Shown here piece after piece: positions 40,501-52,500 of a DNA stretch of 64,000 nucleotides. Below the pieces are notes generated by a model that saw only the letters and a program-made list of their open reading frames with translations, made no database searches and was not told the origin of the DNA. The DNA comes from Botryllus schlosseri (taxonomy: Eukaryota): the NCBI GenBank assembly GCA_051294905.1, contig CM119375.1:3782001-3846000 (forward strand). Direction: 5' to 3'. Every line of letters begins with the position of its first letter. Position 1 is the stretch's first letter. Position numbers and translations under genes: made by a program.

Positions 40501-43500
40501 GAAATGCTTCAGGAGGCCCATTCGTGATGTACCGTTAAGCCATGGTGGCAATTTCTTCACTGCGGTCATGAAACTATTTCTCGGTGAACAAAATATCAGC
40601 TGAATTCAACAACTGGGTCTACCGAATGCTTCTTGAATTGATAATGATATGTACCAAACTTCTACCCGAGGCTACATTTGAACCTGAAGTATCAATGGTG
40701 TGTTGATTTCTTGATCAACTTTCATTGAGTGACATAGAAGCTGACAATGCTGCTATCACAATTTCGAGTCCTTACAGGCCGTGCTATCTTTTTGTTATTG
40801 GAAATGCTCCATGGCAGGGGTGCATTTAAAATAAACGGTGTTTGAAATACTATGTTTAAAATATGCTTTAAACAGTGTTTTAAACAAAGGCCTTTTGAAA
40901 AAAATTCTTCCAACGTTGTAAAATTATGCCATAATTGTGTAAATACTTTCTAAAATACGTGTTATATGAGCCTACGGACGATTACCACCCGATATAGCCG
41001 ACTAATATCGATATGGGATGGCTGGAACCCTCAAAATAGTCGGTTCAACGGCAATAGCACAGATATTTCGTCAAAGGAGCTATATTTACACTATATTTGC
41101 AATTGTCAATGTCAATCCAATATGACGTCACTATTGAATATTCTTGACGTCATGGCTTAAAAAAAGTATATTTTATATAAGGGCCTGGTTTTGAATATGT
41201 TTGTTTTAAATGCAACCCTATACTCCATGGTAATTGTCGGTTAACGCGAATTGAAACGGTTGATTTAATCAATCCTATTACCCCCCCCCCCATCCCAGCT
41301 GCAAGGTTTCCGACAATGGCTTGTAAATAGGTAGAAGACGCTGATATTATTCGTTATTCACTCTGTTATTTATGGCCTGATGCAGATTATATGATGTGTA
41401 GAAATTAAACACATTCATGATTTACTGAAATTCAGAGTTGTGATAGTTTACTTGGTTGGCTATACAGCAGTGTTGAACTTTACTAGGTTGGCTATACAGC
41501 AGTAAGGTTGTGATAATGGAAGAATGTCTAGCTTAACTAACTCTTCCGCAAAAGGTTGAGGATCGTTATTCTAGAAACAGCTGTATTGCTAGCTTGCAGA
41601 AAAGTGGATATTTCGAGGCAGATTGCAGGTAACTTTCTGGACCTACTTAGGTAATGGCCAAAATGAAGTCAGCCATCCCGGAGTTCTATATATCCCTGAT
41701 ACCAATCAACAAAATGGTTACTAATAAGAAAGGAATTTGAAGATCATGAGCATACCAATAGCTGTGCATATTATCTAGTTATTAACCAAGAAGAGTACAA
41801 TGATTGTTTCCTACGAGTGTTGATTAGGGCCTAACAAAATCAAGCTCTGAATTGAGTATTAGGCTTCAAGTCGGGTATTCGAGCATCGACACTTCGCAGA
41901 TATGTCATTTTCACTGACGTGTTTAACTTTGTACTACATATTTCATATGTTGCGATACTTCCAATCGAGATTGCAAGGCTTCTACAGTTGAAAATAGTAT
42001 CGAAACTATAATTCTCGTCGATAAATTGACCGTTATTGACAAGGAGCGTACCATTTCGGTACTTGAAAATCTTCTCTCGTGACTCGACTCGAATCAATAG
42101 ATGTGAGATGTGACTTATATTCATTATTTGTAAATTTTGCTATTATAACTTGAAAGTGATAAACATACTTGAATCAACTTTGACGTAAGCCTTTGTCTTA
42201 ATGCTAGGGTTGGATTTCAGTGCACAGCTGTATTCCCCATCATCGTTTTTGTTTAGTTCTTTGATCGTGAGACTGTACTTAGACTTGTCGTTTGTCAATT
42301 TGTACTTGGAACCGGGATACAGGCGTTTATTTCCTTTGTACCACAGTACAGTTTCTAATGGACTTCCGACTTCACAGGTAATAGTGATCGAATCTCCTTC
42401 ATTTACCAACTGGTCATCAAGTTTGACTTTGAATGCTACATGTATATTTTAATGATGTGATGAGATGAGATGATGAAAAAGAGAGAAAAAAACATGAATT
42501 ATTACCAGAAAAAGCGATTGTTGATGCTAAAAAGAACAATACAACCATATTAATTACTGTTATATATATATCTGTCAAATATGTTGACTTGACGTGAATC
42601 AGAGACCGCATGTCAATATTTTGGCAGACAAACCAGGAGAGCTTTCTGATGTTCAGAAGGCCGCTGATTTCAAATTTGGCCTTACTTTTTTTCAAATTGG
42701 CTCTAGTTTTAAAGATATAATCCATAGGGCAATTTTGATTGAAATCACATTTGAGCCTTATGTGCTAGATAAAAAAACAGCTCAGTCGTACTATAACATT
42801 AGGGAATTAAATTTAATTGTTATTTGTAAACAATCAAGACAGTTTCAAATCATAAAACAGCAGCATTATAAAATTTTAGGGGTGCTATCCCAGTTGAAGA
42901 CTGTTACATATATCATGTACACAAACCTCAACAATAGATACAAGTATTTACATAAAACAGTAGAAAAACGTTGCATTAATTCAATCAGTTTATGTCATAT
43001 TGATATATAGCAACATGTGCCATACAACACCTATTGTAGATTCAGAATGGACACAGGAATGCAATAAGCCATAATTAGAGTATAAATATTACCTTCTGGA
43101 GCATGTGTCAGTTTTGCGGCAGTCTCCACCGTTGTATGATCTTCAAGCTCCGCATGAGCGGTGATCTCGCCTTCATCCTCCATTGTGACATCATGGATTT
43201 TGATAATGTGCGTTCCTCCGGAAGCCGCGATCTCGAATTTTGGTGACGGTTGAATTTTGATTCCATTTCTGAACCAGGTCACTTTTGCATGGGGTTCAGT
43301 GACACTGCAGGAAAATTCGGCGACTTCCCCAAGTCGAACTTTTTGGTGCTTCAGTTTCTGCTTGAAATCCACTGTGAATAAGGAACAAGTCTAAATGGTA
43401 TGCGAGCTAAACTAGGGAGCTAGGAGTATATGATATATAACACAATGGCCACCCTTTGATGTAGCAGACTCCATATGCCATGACCAGGCTTACATGAGAA

Positions 43501-46500
43501 TCATCTTTCTATAGGCATTAGTCCTGAATTCTGCAGCCATTTCTTAAACTGATCAGACATAGTTATTGATGAGGCGATGAATCCCACCATGCAACATGAA
43601 TCATGGGATGGAAAGCCTAATATAGCCTAAAACTTGAATGAATGATGCTGGAATTATTTCGGAAAATTTATAATTTATAATTTAGCTCCCCTACTAACAG
43701 ATATATGTGATGTCCTATTTTTTGATGATTGTAAATATAAATATACAACAAAGATTATTGATAGAAGGTTGAATCAAAACAATAAACATCAATTATAAGA
43801 CGGAAAACCTAATCCAGCCAAAAAATTGAACGGTCCTGAGATAATGTCAGAAATTGAAAAATTTGCTCCCCATATAAAAGAAATATCTCATGCTTGCTTT
43901 TTTTATGATTGTGAAAACAGATAGACAAGCAGACACAATGTAAATGAGATGTCGGATCATGTATTTCGGTGGGTATGAGTGTTTTTCCACACCACCTACT
44001 ATAATTAAGAGCTTTCTTCTTTGGAGATGCAGCAATTGTGGATGGTTGAGAATTTGCATCCTTCGTCTGATGCGCAGAATGATACTGTTGTACCTCCAGA
44101 GTTTCAACTCTATTGGTGGCTTCAATCGGTATCACCTGGGACTGAGCAACAGCAAACTGTCTTTTGGGTCTGGTTTTGGGTACATTCTCTGACAACATCT
44201 CATTTTCTGATTTGCCTGCGACAATCAGGCTTTCAATGCCTTTTTCTGACTTGTCAGAGATAGCCGCCATGCTAGTCTTTCTTGTAACTGTTTGTTTTTC
44301 TGATGAGGTGGATTGTTTATATGAAGTGTCTTTTCTATCAAGAACAGCTTCGGAATCATCAATGGCGGTTTGTCGTTGGAAAGTAAGCTTAGTTCTCCGA
44401 GAAATACTCTTTTCGCTTCCCTGCTTTTCTGTATCCACATCTGATGTGACAGTTTTAGAGGAGTCTATACTTTCAGACTCGGATTGGAATAATTCAGTTT
44501 TTAAGGCTTTCTTCACAACAGTTTTTGTGCGGGATTGCTTCTCCTTGCTGTCGGCAGTTGAAGTTTTGTTATCTTCAGCACGCTTGCGTATTTTTACGAC
44601 TGATTCCTCTTGTGTCTGACTCACTGGGACTTTTACATCTTGAGAGGCATCTTGAGCGATTTTCGAATGACTGGATGGTTCCGTTTTATTCTTTGTTTCC
44701 GCAACTTCCTCTAACGATTTCTGTTTTCTCACTCTCTCTTTTTCTTTCTGGTCTTTGATAAATTTTTTCTGTGCCTCATGACGCTCTTTCAGCTTCTTTA
44801 TTTGCTCGGTTTCTGCATCTTTCTCAGTTTGATCAATCGGATTAAGAGAAAGATCTTTAGGCTTACTTGCAGATTCCAATTTTGCTTTCAGCGGGACTTG
44901 TGCAAGGGGTGCAGTCTCTATATTACTTGCAGCCGTTGGTTCAATCACTCGATTTCCCACTGGTTCCTTGGAATCAGTTTTAGCGATTTCAGATTTGTCG
45001 GTGACCTTCGTTTGAGTTGATGACTTGCTTGCGCGAGTTTTAACTCGTGGTTCAACCCTAATGGATTGTGAGCTTTTAGATTCATCTGATTCTATCAAGT
45101 CAGTTTTGGTGACTTCGACATCAGCCTTCTCCTTGCTTATTTGAGTTTTAGCTTGAGGTTGAACTTGTTCAGGCTTAGTAGTTTTATCTTTAGCTGGCTC
45201 ATTGAAATCAGTCTTGAAATCAGTTTTAGTGATTTCAGATTTACTGGTAACCTTCGTCTCAGCGGAGGACTTGCTTGCTTGAGTTTTAACTTGCGGTTGA
45301 ACTTCTTCCGGCTGAGCAATCTTACGTTGAGCTGGCTCCTTGAAATCAGATTTAGTGGTTTCAGATTCGCTGGTGACTTTGGTGTGAGCAGTCGACTTGC
45401 TTGCTTGAGTTTTAACATGAGGTTCAACTTTGACAGGCTGCACCTTTCTAGATTCAGAAGGCTCTTTCAATTCGGTATTTATGACTTCAGATTTGCTAGG
45501 GACTTTGGCATCAGCCAACGCCTTGCTTTCTTTAGTGTCAAATTGTGGTAAAACTGCTTCAGGCTGAGTAGTCTTAACTTCAGCTGGCGTCTTGAAATCA
45601 GTCTGAGGGATTTCAGACGACCTAGGGACCTTCGTCTGAGTAGGAGACTTGCTTGCTTGAGCTTTAACTCCTGCTTCAGCCATTGCCGGCTGATCCCTCT
45701 TAGGTTCCGTTGGTTCTTTCAAGTCGCTTTTGGTAATTTCAGGTTTGCTAGTGACTTCTAAATCAGACAAAGCCTCAACTGCTTGAGTAGCAACTCGTTG
45801 TTCAACATCTTTCGGCTGCTTGGCTGTAGGTTGAGCTGGTTCCTTGAAATGAGTTTTAGTGATTTTAGATGTGCTGGTGACCTTCATTTGTGCTGATGAC
45901 TTGCTTGCCTCAGTTTTAACCTGTGGTTCAACCTTAACAGGTTGCATACTTTTAGGCCCCGTTGGTTCTTTCAAGTCAGTTTTGGTGGTTTCAGATTTAC
46001 TGGTGATCTCCACATCAGCCAATGCCTTGCTTGATTCAGTTGCAACTTGTTGTTCGACTTCTTTAAGCTTCTTGACTTTAGGTTGAGTTGGCTCCTTGAT
46101 ATCTGTTTTTGTGATTTCAGATTCGCTACTGACCTTGACATCAACCAAAGTCTTGCTTGATTGAGTTTTTACTCCTGGTTCAACTTTGACAGGCTGCGCA
46201 CTTTTAGGTTCAGCTGGTTCTTTCAAGTCAGTTTTGGCGATTGCAGATTTGCTATCTTGCTTCCTTGCTTGAGTTTCAGCTTGTTGTTGAACATCTTTAG
46301 GCTTCTTGACTTTAGGTTCAGCTGGTTCTTTCAAGTCAGTGTTGGAGATTTCAGATTTGCTAGTGACCTCTACATCAGCCAACGCCTTGCTTGCTTGAGT
46401 TTTAACTTGTTTTTCGACTTTGATAGGCTGAAGTTCAGCTGCCTCCTTGGACTCAGTCTTAGTGATGTCAGATTTGCTAGATACATTCGTCTCAGTAGAT

Positions 46501-49500
46501 GACTTGCTTGCTTGAGTTATAACCGGTGGTTTAACCGTTGCAAGCTGATCACTTTTAGCTTCACCTGGTTGCTTCAAGTCGGTTTTAGTGATTTCAGATT
46601 TGCTCGTGACTTCCAAATCCACCTTGCCAGTTTTAGATCTAACTTCATCAGGCTGCTTGACTTTAGGTTGAGTTGGTTCATTGAAGTCAGTTTTCGTGAT
46701 TACAGAATCACTAGTCACCTTGACATCAGCCTTGCTTGCTTGAGTTTTAACTCGAGGTTGAACTAATTCAGACTGAGTAGTCTTAACATCACCTGACTCT
46801 TTGAAATCCATCTTAGGGATTTCAGATTTGCTGGTAATCTTTGTGTGAGTAGAGGATTTCATCGCCTGAGTTTTACCTTGTGGTTCAACCTTGACAGGCT
46901 GCACACTTTTCGCTTCAGTTGGTTCTTTCATATCAGTTTCAGTGATTGCAGACTTGCTAGTGCCCTCCGCAGTAGCCTGCTTGCTTGCTTTAGGTGCAAC
47001 TTGTTGTTCAACTTCTTTAGGTTGGATAATTTTAGGTTCAGCTGGTTCTTCTTGTAAGGCAGTTTTTGTGGTTTCAGATTTGCTAGTGACCAACGCTTCT
47101 GGTGTTTCGTGTTGCTCTGTTTCAACATCAGATTTTGCTGCATCAGTTTTACCCTCAACTGGTGTAACCATCTCTGGTTTTATATGTTCTGCTTCAGGAC
47201 TCTCAGCAGTTTTTTGTCTCTCCAAAACTTCATCTTCAAATGATAGTCTCTTGCCGACACTTTGGCTGGCAAGTCTTCCTTTCCTGTCACCGGGCTTCTT
47301 CATAATTGATTTTAGCTTAGGCTCGGGGACCGGTGTAACATTCTCGATTACAATTTTCGGGTGTCCGAGATCTTCAACTTTTTCAGTAGGGACAGAAACA
47401 GTGTCCGATTTTGAGGTTAGAATTCTAGTTTTAGCCGTTTTCTTAGCAACTGTACGTCCATCTGCAACATCGTCACCTCGGGTTTCTGTAATTTTATCAT
47501 TGTTTTTTGGAAAGTCAAACACTTGAAGAAACAATAGGATATCAAAGCGTCAAGAAATGCAGTAGGACTCAAAGATATTGCATAAGGTAAAATTCGTTCA
47601 ACGAAAAACATACCTGATATGACTTTCAGGTTAGCAGTGGAAGAATGAGGTCCGGCTACGATGCGATATGAGCTCGCATCCGAATCATCCACGTTTTTGA
47701 CAGTGAGAGAATACTTGTCACCATCTTTCACGATATGATATTTGTCACTTGGTGACAACTTTTCATTTCCCTTATACCTGGTAAGACCACAATATCGTTT
47801 TCAGTATCAGATCCCTGTCATGCAATCAATTACTGATATTGTTGTGTTTAACTATTAGTTCCAAGTCAATAACGTAATGAAGGTGTAATTCACCAACAAG
47901 ATTCAGCAACTAACCAATTGACTTCCGCTTCAGGAACATAGATCTCTAGCTCGGTCTCGAAGACTGCTGATTTCCCATGCCCCACCGATACGTCCTCAAT
48001 ATCCTTGATTACCTTGACGGTTTCTGACAAGGATATGCTTCTTTGCATGAATTTAAACAAAGCAGAGACGTCGGCCGCTTCTGAACTGGCCGACTTGCCC
48101 TCTTTCTGCGGAAAGAGAAGAAATGCTTGAAATATTCTACGGATATGATACATAAAATAGATAGTATTAACTATTCTTTTCAAAATTACACATTTGTTTT
48201 CTATTTATCCATCTGTTCATAGATTAAGCTTCGTGGAGCAACGGATAAATTGAACTATATAACACAGGGGTTTCAAATATTTTTTACACCGTGGCCGCCT
48301 TTGAAACATTTAAAAATCACTGACCTTTTCTAGTTCATCAACCTCTAGAAAAGTTAGGAAACGCTATTTTACTCATATAAATGGTTTAAACGGCACTGTT
48401 GAACAAAAAAATACATTGAGACTTGCACACTCCTTTGTCGCGCAGATATGTAAAACTAACCTTGAGATACTTGTTGCGCAAATTAATTATTGATATCAAT
48501 AAGTCTTAGAGAAAATAAATTCAAAATAAAGATGTGCCTTTTTGCTTTACTGATATGTATATTGAATTTTAATTATTTTCTTATCTTGTAGTTGATGTAC
48601 ACATAAACATGACAAATTTCTTTATTTCCCCGAAGTAGGGAACCCCTCATGTAACACTACATCTGCAAAAATGGACGTAAGTACCTTCCACAGCAACACA
48701 CTTACCGATGAGTCACGCCATTCCTGGAACCTCGACAGAAGTTGTCTGTAATCTGTAATGCCGTAGTTCCTTGCATATTTCTCATATTCCTTCGGATCAA
48801 CTTCTTGCATGAGTTCATACAATCTTTTCAATTCCTCTTCCTTAGAGATACTTTCACGACGAGGTGTTCTGAAATGGATTACATAAATGGAATTCTTCCT
48901 GAATAGGTAGCCTACCTAGTGGGATAATACTTTTTCAAGGCAGACTTGTCGACTTTTTCCACGACTTTATCTGTGACTTCGATATTGAATTGCACGTCGG
49001 CTTGGCCGTGCTTGTTTTTGGCTACGCACCTGTCGATGTAAAGCTTGTCAATGAAAAGATGATTAGCATGATGAAACAAACACTCAGAACAAGACAATCA
49101 TCGATAGAAACGAGCAGATTGAGTATTATACGGTAGTTCACGGACTCGTACAAACTACTCCTGGAACTAGAACTGGAACTGCTCACTTTTCAAAAGTCGC
49201 AACTAGAACTACTCATTGTCAAAATCCGCTAATAGAACTAAAACTCCTAAAAAATTTGAGAACGACTGATGTAGATTGTAGGCAGGCCTACTGATTGATG
49301 TGATATCACCATTTTGTGTGTTCATGACTTCAAATCACATTAGGCTCATCTGAACTGGTTTACATAATAGAGAGTATGCCATATAATATCGAAATAATGA
49401 TTGAAGACCAGGACAATCTTTTTACCTGTAGCTTCCTTTATCCGGCTTGTCAAGTTCAGTTATTTGTAACTTATGAATTGGACTGCCGTCTTCGTGAATT

Positions 49501-52500
49501 ACTTTGAATCTTCCATAGCTGCTGAGCTTTCTCCATTTTCCTTTATTCCATTGGACGGAAGGCTCTGGATAGCCCGTAACTTCCGCAGTGAAGACGAGGG
49601 TTTCTCCTAGATTTGGATACAGAATTATTACATACATCTTGAAAGTTGCCAAAAACAAGTCAACCATCCTTTTCATTAATTATTTCGTTTGTTATGTTCA
49701 AAAGTATCAGTGATCGTTTTAGAATTTGGATAATTGGGTGACCAATCGAAATTTGTTGAAACCTTAATACAACCAAATGTCGAAACGAAAATGAAATCTC
49801 AATCCAGATCGAGTAGCTGGTATTCAGTTACGCACTGATTTATTACAGCAGCTTCTTGGAGGCATATAACCTCAATATACAATTGAATAGGATGTTTAAT
49901 GCACAATGCAATGATAAATTATCACAGAAAGTCATGCTCCATCAATGTCACCATGACTGCTTGTTGTTAGTTGGTGTAAGATTTGAAATACATAGGTGAA
50001 ATACTATCACACGGTGATAAATTAAAATGGACTCGAAGATGCTCATTGCTCATGGCATAACTTGAAGAATGCTTGGAGACGCCGAAAAAGAGAGATGTCT
50101 TTTCAGCGACGACACGGGTAAATCCAGAACATGATTCAATGTAAGCGTACTATTCTACGAACCCTGTGCAGCAGATGAACTCTCTGGAGAGGTGACAAAC
50201 ACCGGTGCGTTTTCGTTCACTTCTCTTGAAGGAGCTTTCTTGACAATTTGAGTTTTCTGAGAATCCTGCTTGATTTGCTTTCGCAGGGACTCGGCTAAAG
50301 ATTGCTCTGAAACAGAACAAATTCTCTCCATCAATACCAGAAAAAACAAGGCCTATCACAACCTGCACAATGCACAATTTGCACATATACTTCAACGAAA
50401 TGCATATTCTCGAATTTTGAATATGTTAACGGTGCATGTTTCAGTATAACTGTTCTATATATATTTTATGGGGACAGATTGTTGAATAGCGCGGCGAAGG
50501 AGTTGCTTTGTTGGTTGTGGTACTCCTGGTGTGTTTCGACTGCAATGATCATTTACACCAGGTCGACATTCTTTATTTTGATTAAGTAGCTGCTGACTTC
50601 TGGCACACTGTCCACTTCTTTGCCTTTTATGATACGCGGATCAGATAGCGTGGAGCTTAGATAAACCCACGACGCTTCGGTAGGGTTTTTAGAATCGACC
50701 TCGCCCGCACTGAAACCCGCAACCTATTAATATGGCAGCCGCCAAGGAGTTCAAAAGTAGCAAGGATAATCATCATCATATTCATCATATAACTACATAA
50801 CACCCGTCTAAATGCAATCGCCAATCGTCCACACAGGACACCTTCCACTTTTGGTGCAAAGTGGTGCGTTGGAAATCCCAAGATAAAATAGGTGAAGACG
50901 AATTACAGTTATGATCTACCTTCGGTAAGCAATGGGATACGACATCGGGTTTCGCCTGCTGAATTTTCGGCAACGCAATCGTAAGTGCCAGCGTCGCCCG
51001 CAGTCAATTTTGACACAGTCAATACGTGTTCGTCTTTGGCTTTGTCGTAGAACGTTTTGACACGCCCAGACGGTTGTAGCTTCTTGCCCTGGCGTAAACG
51101 AAAATATTATTTCCCCGACAATGAAAAGAGTTACCTAAAAGTGGCAAAGATGCCTGATATCATTGTGTAATTGTTGGAGGTACGGTATTACACGCGACTC
51201 ACAGTCTTGTCCTTGCACCAGCACGGATGGGAGCGATATATCGACGGAATAGATATAATTCAATTGTCTAGCTCCAATACATCATTAGTCAATAATCATT
51301 GCCGTAGCTTTATATCTCAGCCGCGTTGACAACGTAGCAGTATCAGTGCATTCAATTGTCGGATTTACATTAAACCACTCGGCGCTGGTTCTTAACAGAC
51401 GTCTAAAACCCTGTGAAAGTCCCACCACCTTCTTGGTGCCAATATATAAATTTCATAACAAGTAGTTTTATTTCCTCAAGCCATCACGAGTGATCTGCAG
51501 CGAACATTCTTGATTAGAACTGATGTCCTAAATTTACGCGATACCATTATAACCAGGGCTGCGGAGTCGATTCACCGCGCCATCGACTGCGACTCCCAAA
51601 TCTACGCATTTCCAAATTAGCGACTGTGAAACAGAGTTGGATCAATTGTAATTTGTAATTGTAATTGAATGTAATTAATTACATTTTTCAATGTAATTGT
51701 AATGTAATTGTAATTGAAGCGTTTTTATTTAGTGTAATTGTAATTGTAATTTGACAAAAATTCTGCTCAATTACAATTTAAATTACATTAAATTGCTATT
51801 GAGACCTGACAAGCACAACATAAAATAATTGACTTATAATGCATTCTCTTTAAATGTCGACAAGGAATTTGGTGGATCCTTGAGGGCGAAGTTTTTTTTA
51901 TTTTTACCGCTATGCTGGCCTCGGCTGCCATTGTATACAATTTTTAGATTACCAACCAACGGATGGATTCGCAACACGTGACTCACGATTGAATACGCCG
52001 AGAAGCGAACTGCTGAGCCGGCTAATTGATAGCAGAATTGTTAGTCCCATAGCTGGCGATCCAAGCGTCGAAATTTGATATGTATGGTCCTAATCGAAAG
52101 CTAGTGTCGCACTGATTCCGCAATAAAAGTATATTTCCAGGCAATGGTACCATCCCAAAATAGTCGTGAAAGTCTGGGAATCGGCATTGTTCTGAACAAT
52201 CGCTGGGCGTAATTGGAAATTGTTGTGGTCATGCTGCTGCAGCGCTCTCACTTTTCAGAACAGTCGGCCTTAAACGGCTATTTTGGAGGAGTTACATTGC
52301 TCTGACGAGATTTTATTTTGTATTTTCGGAATTAGTACATCAATAGCTTACGATAAAGACCAGATGCTTCAAATTTGGACGCATTAATCGCCAGCTCTAG
52401 GACTACGAAGTTTGCTGCTTTTAGCCGGCTCTGCAGTACGTTTGTCGGTGCATTCATTCGTGACTCACATCTTGCGCATCTATCCATGGGTTGGCAATCT

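Noticed and set aside
44164-47526. Plus-strand ORFs overlapping the repeat exon (e.g. 46891..47526, 44164..44619)
   Set aside because: Antisense shadows of a compositionally biased coding exon; no independent domain signal.
50560-50730. Possible divergent Ig exon (VAGFSAGEVDSKNPTEASWVYL...)
   Set aside because: Phase-0 acceptor is incompatible with the upstream phase-1 donor, there is no DxGxY motif, and 50920 splices cleanly to 50306.
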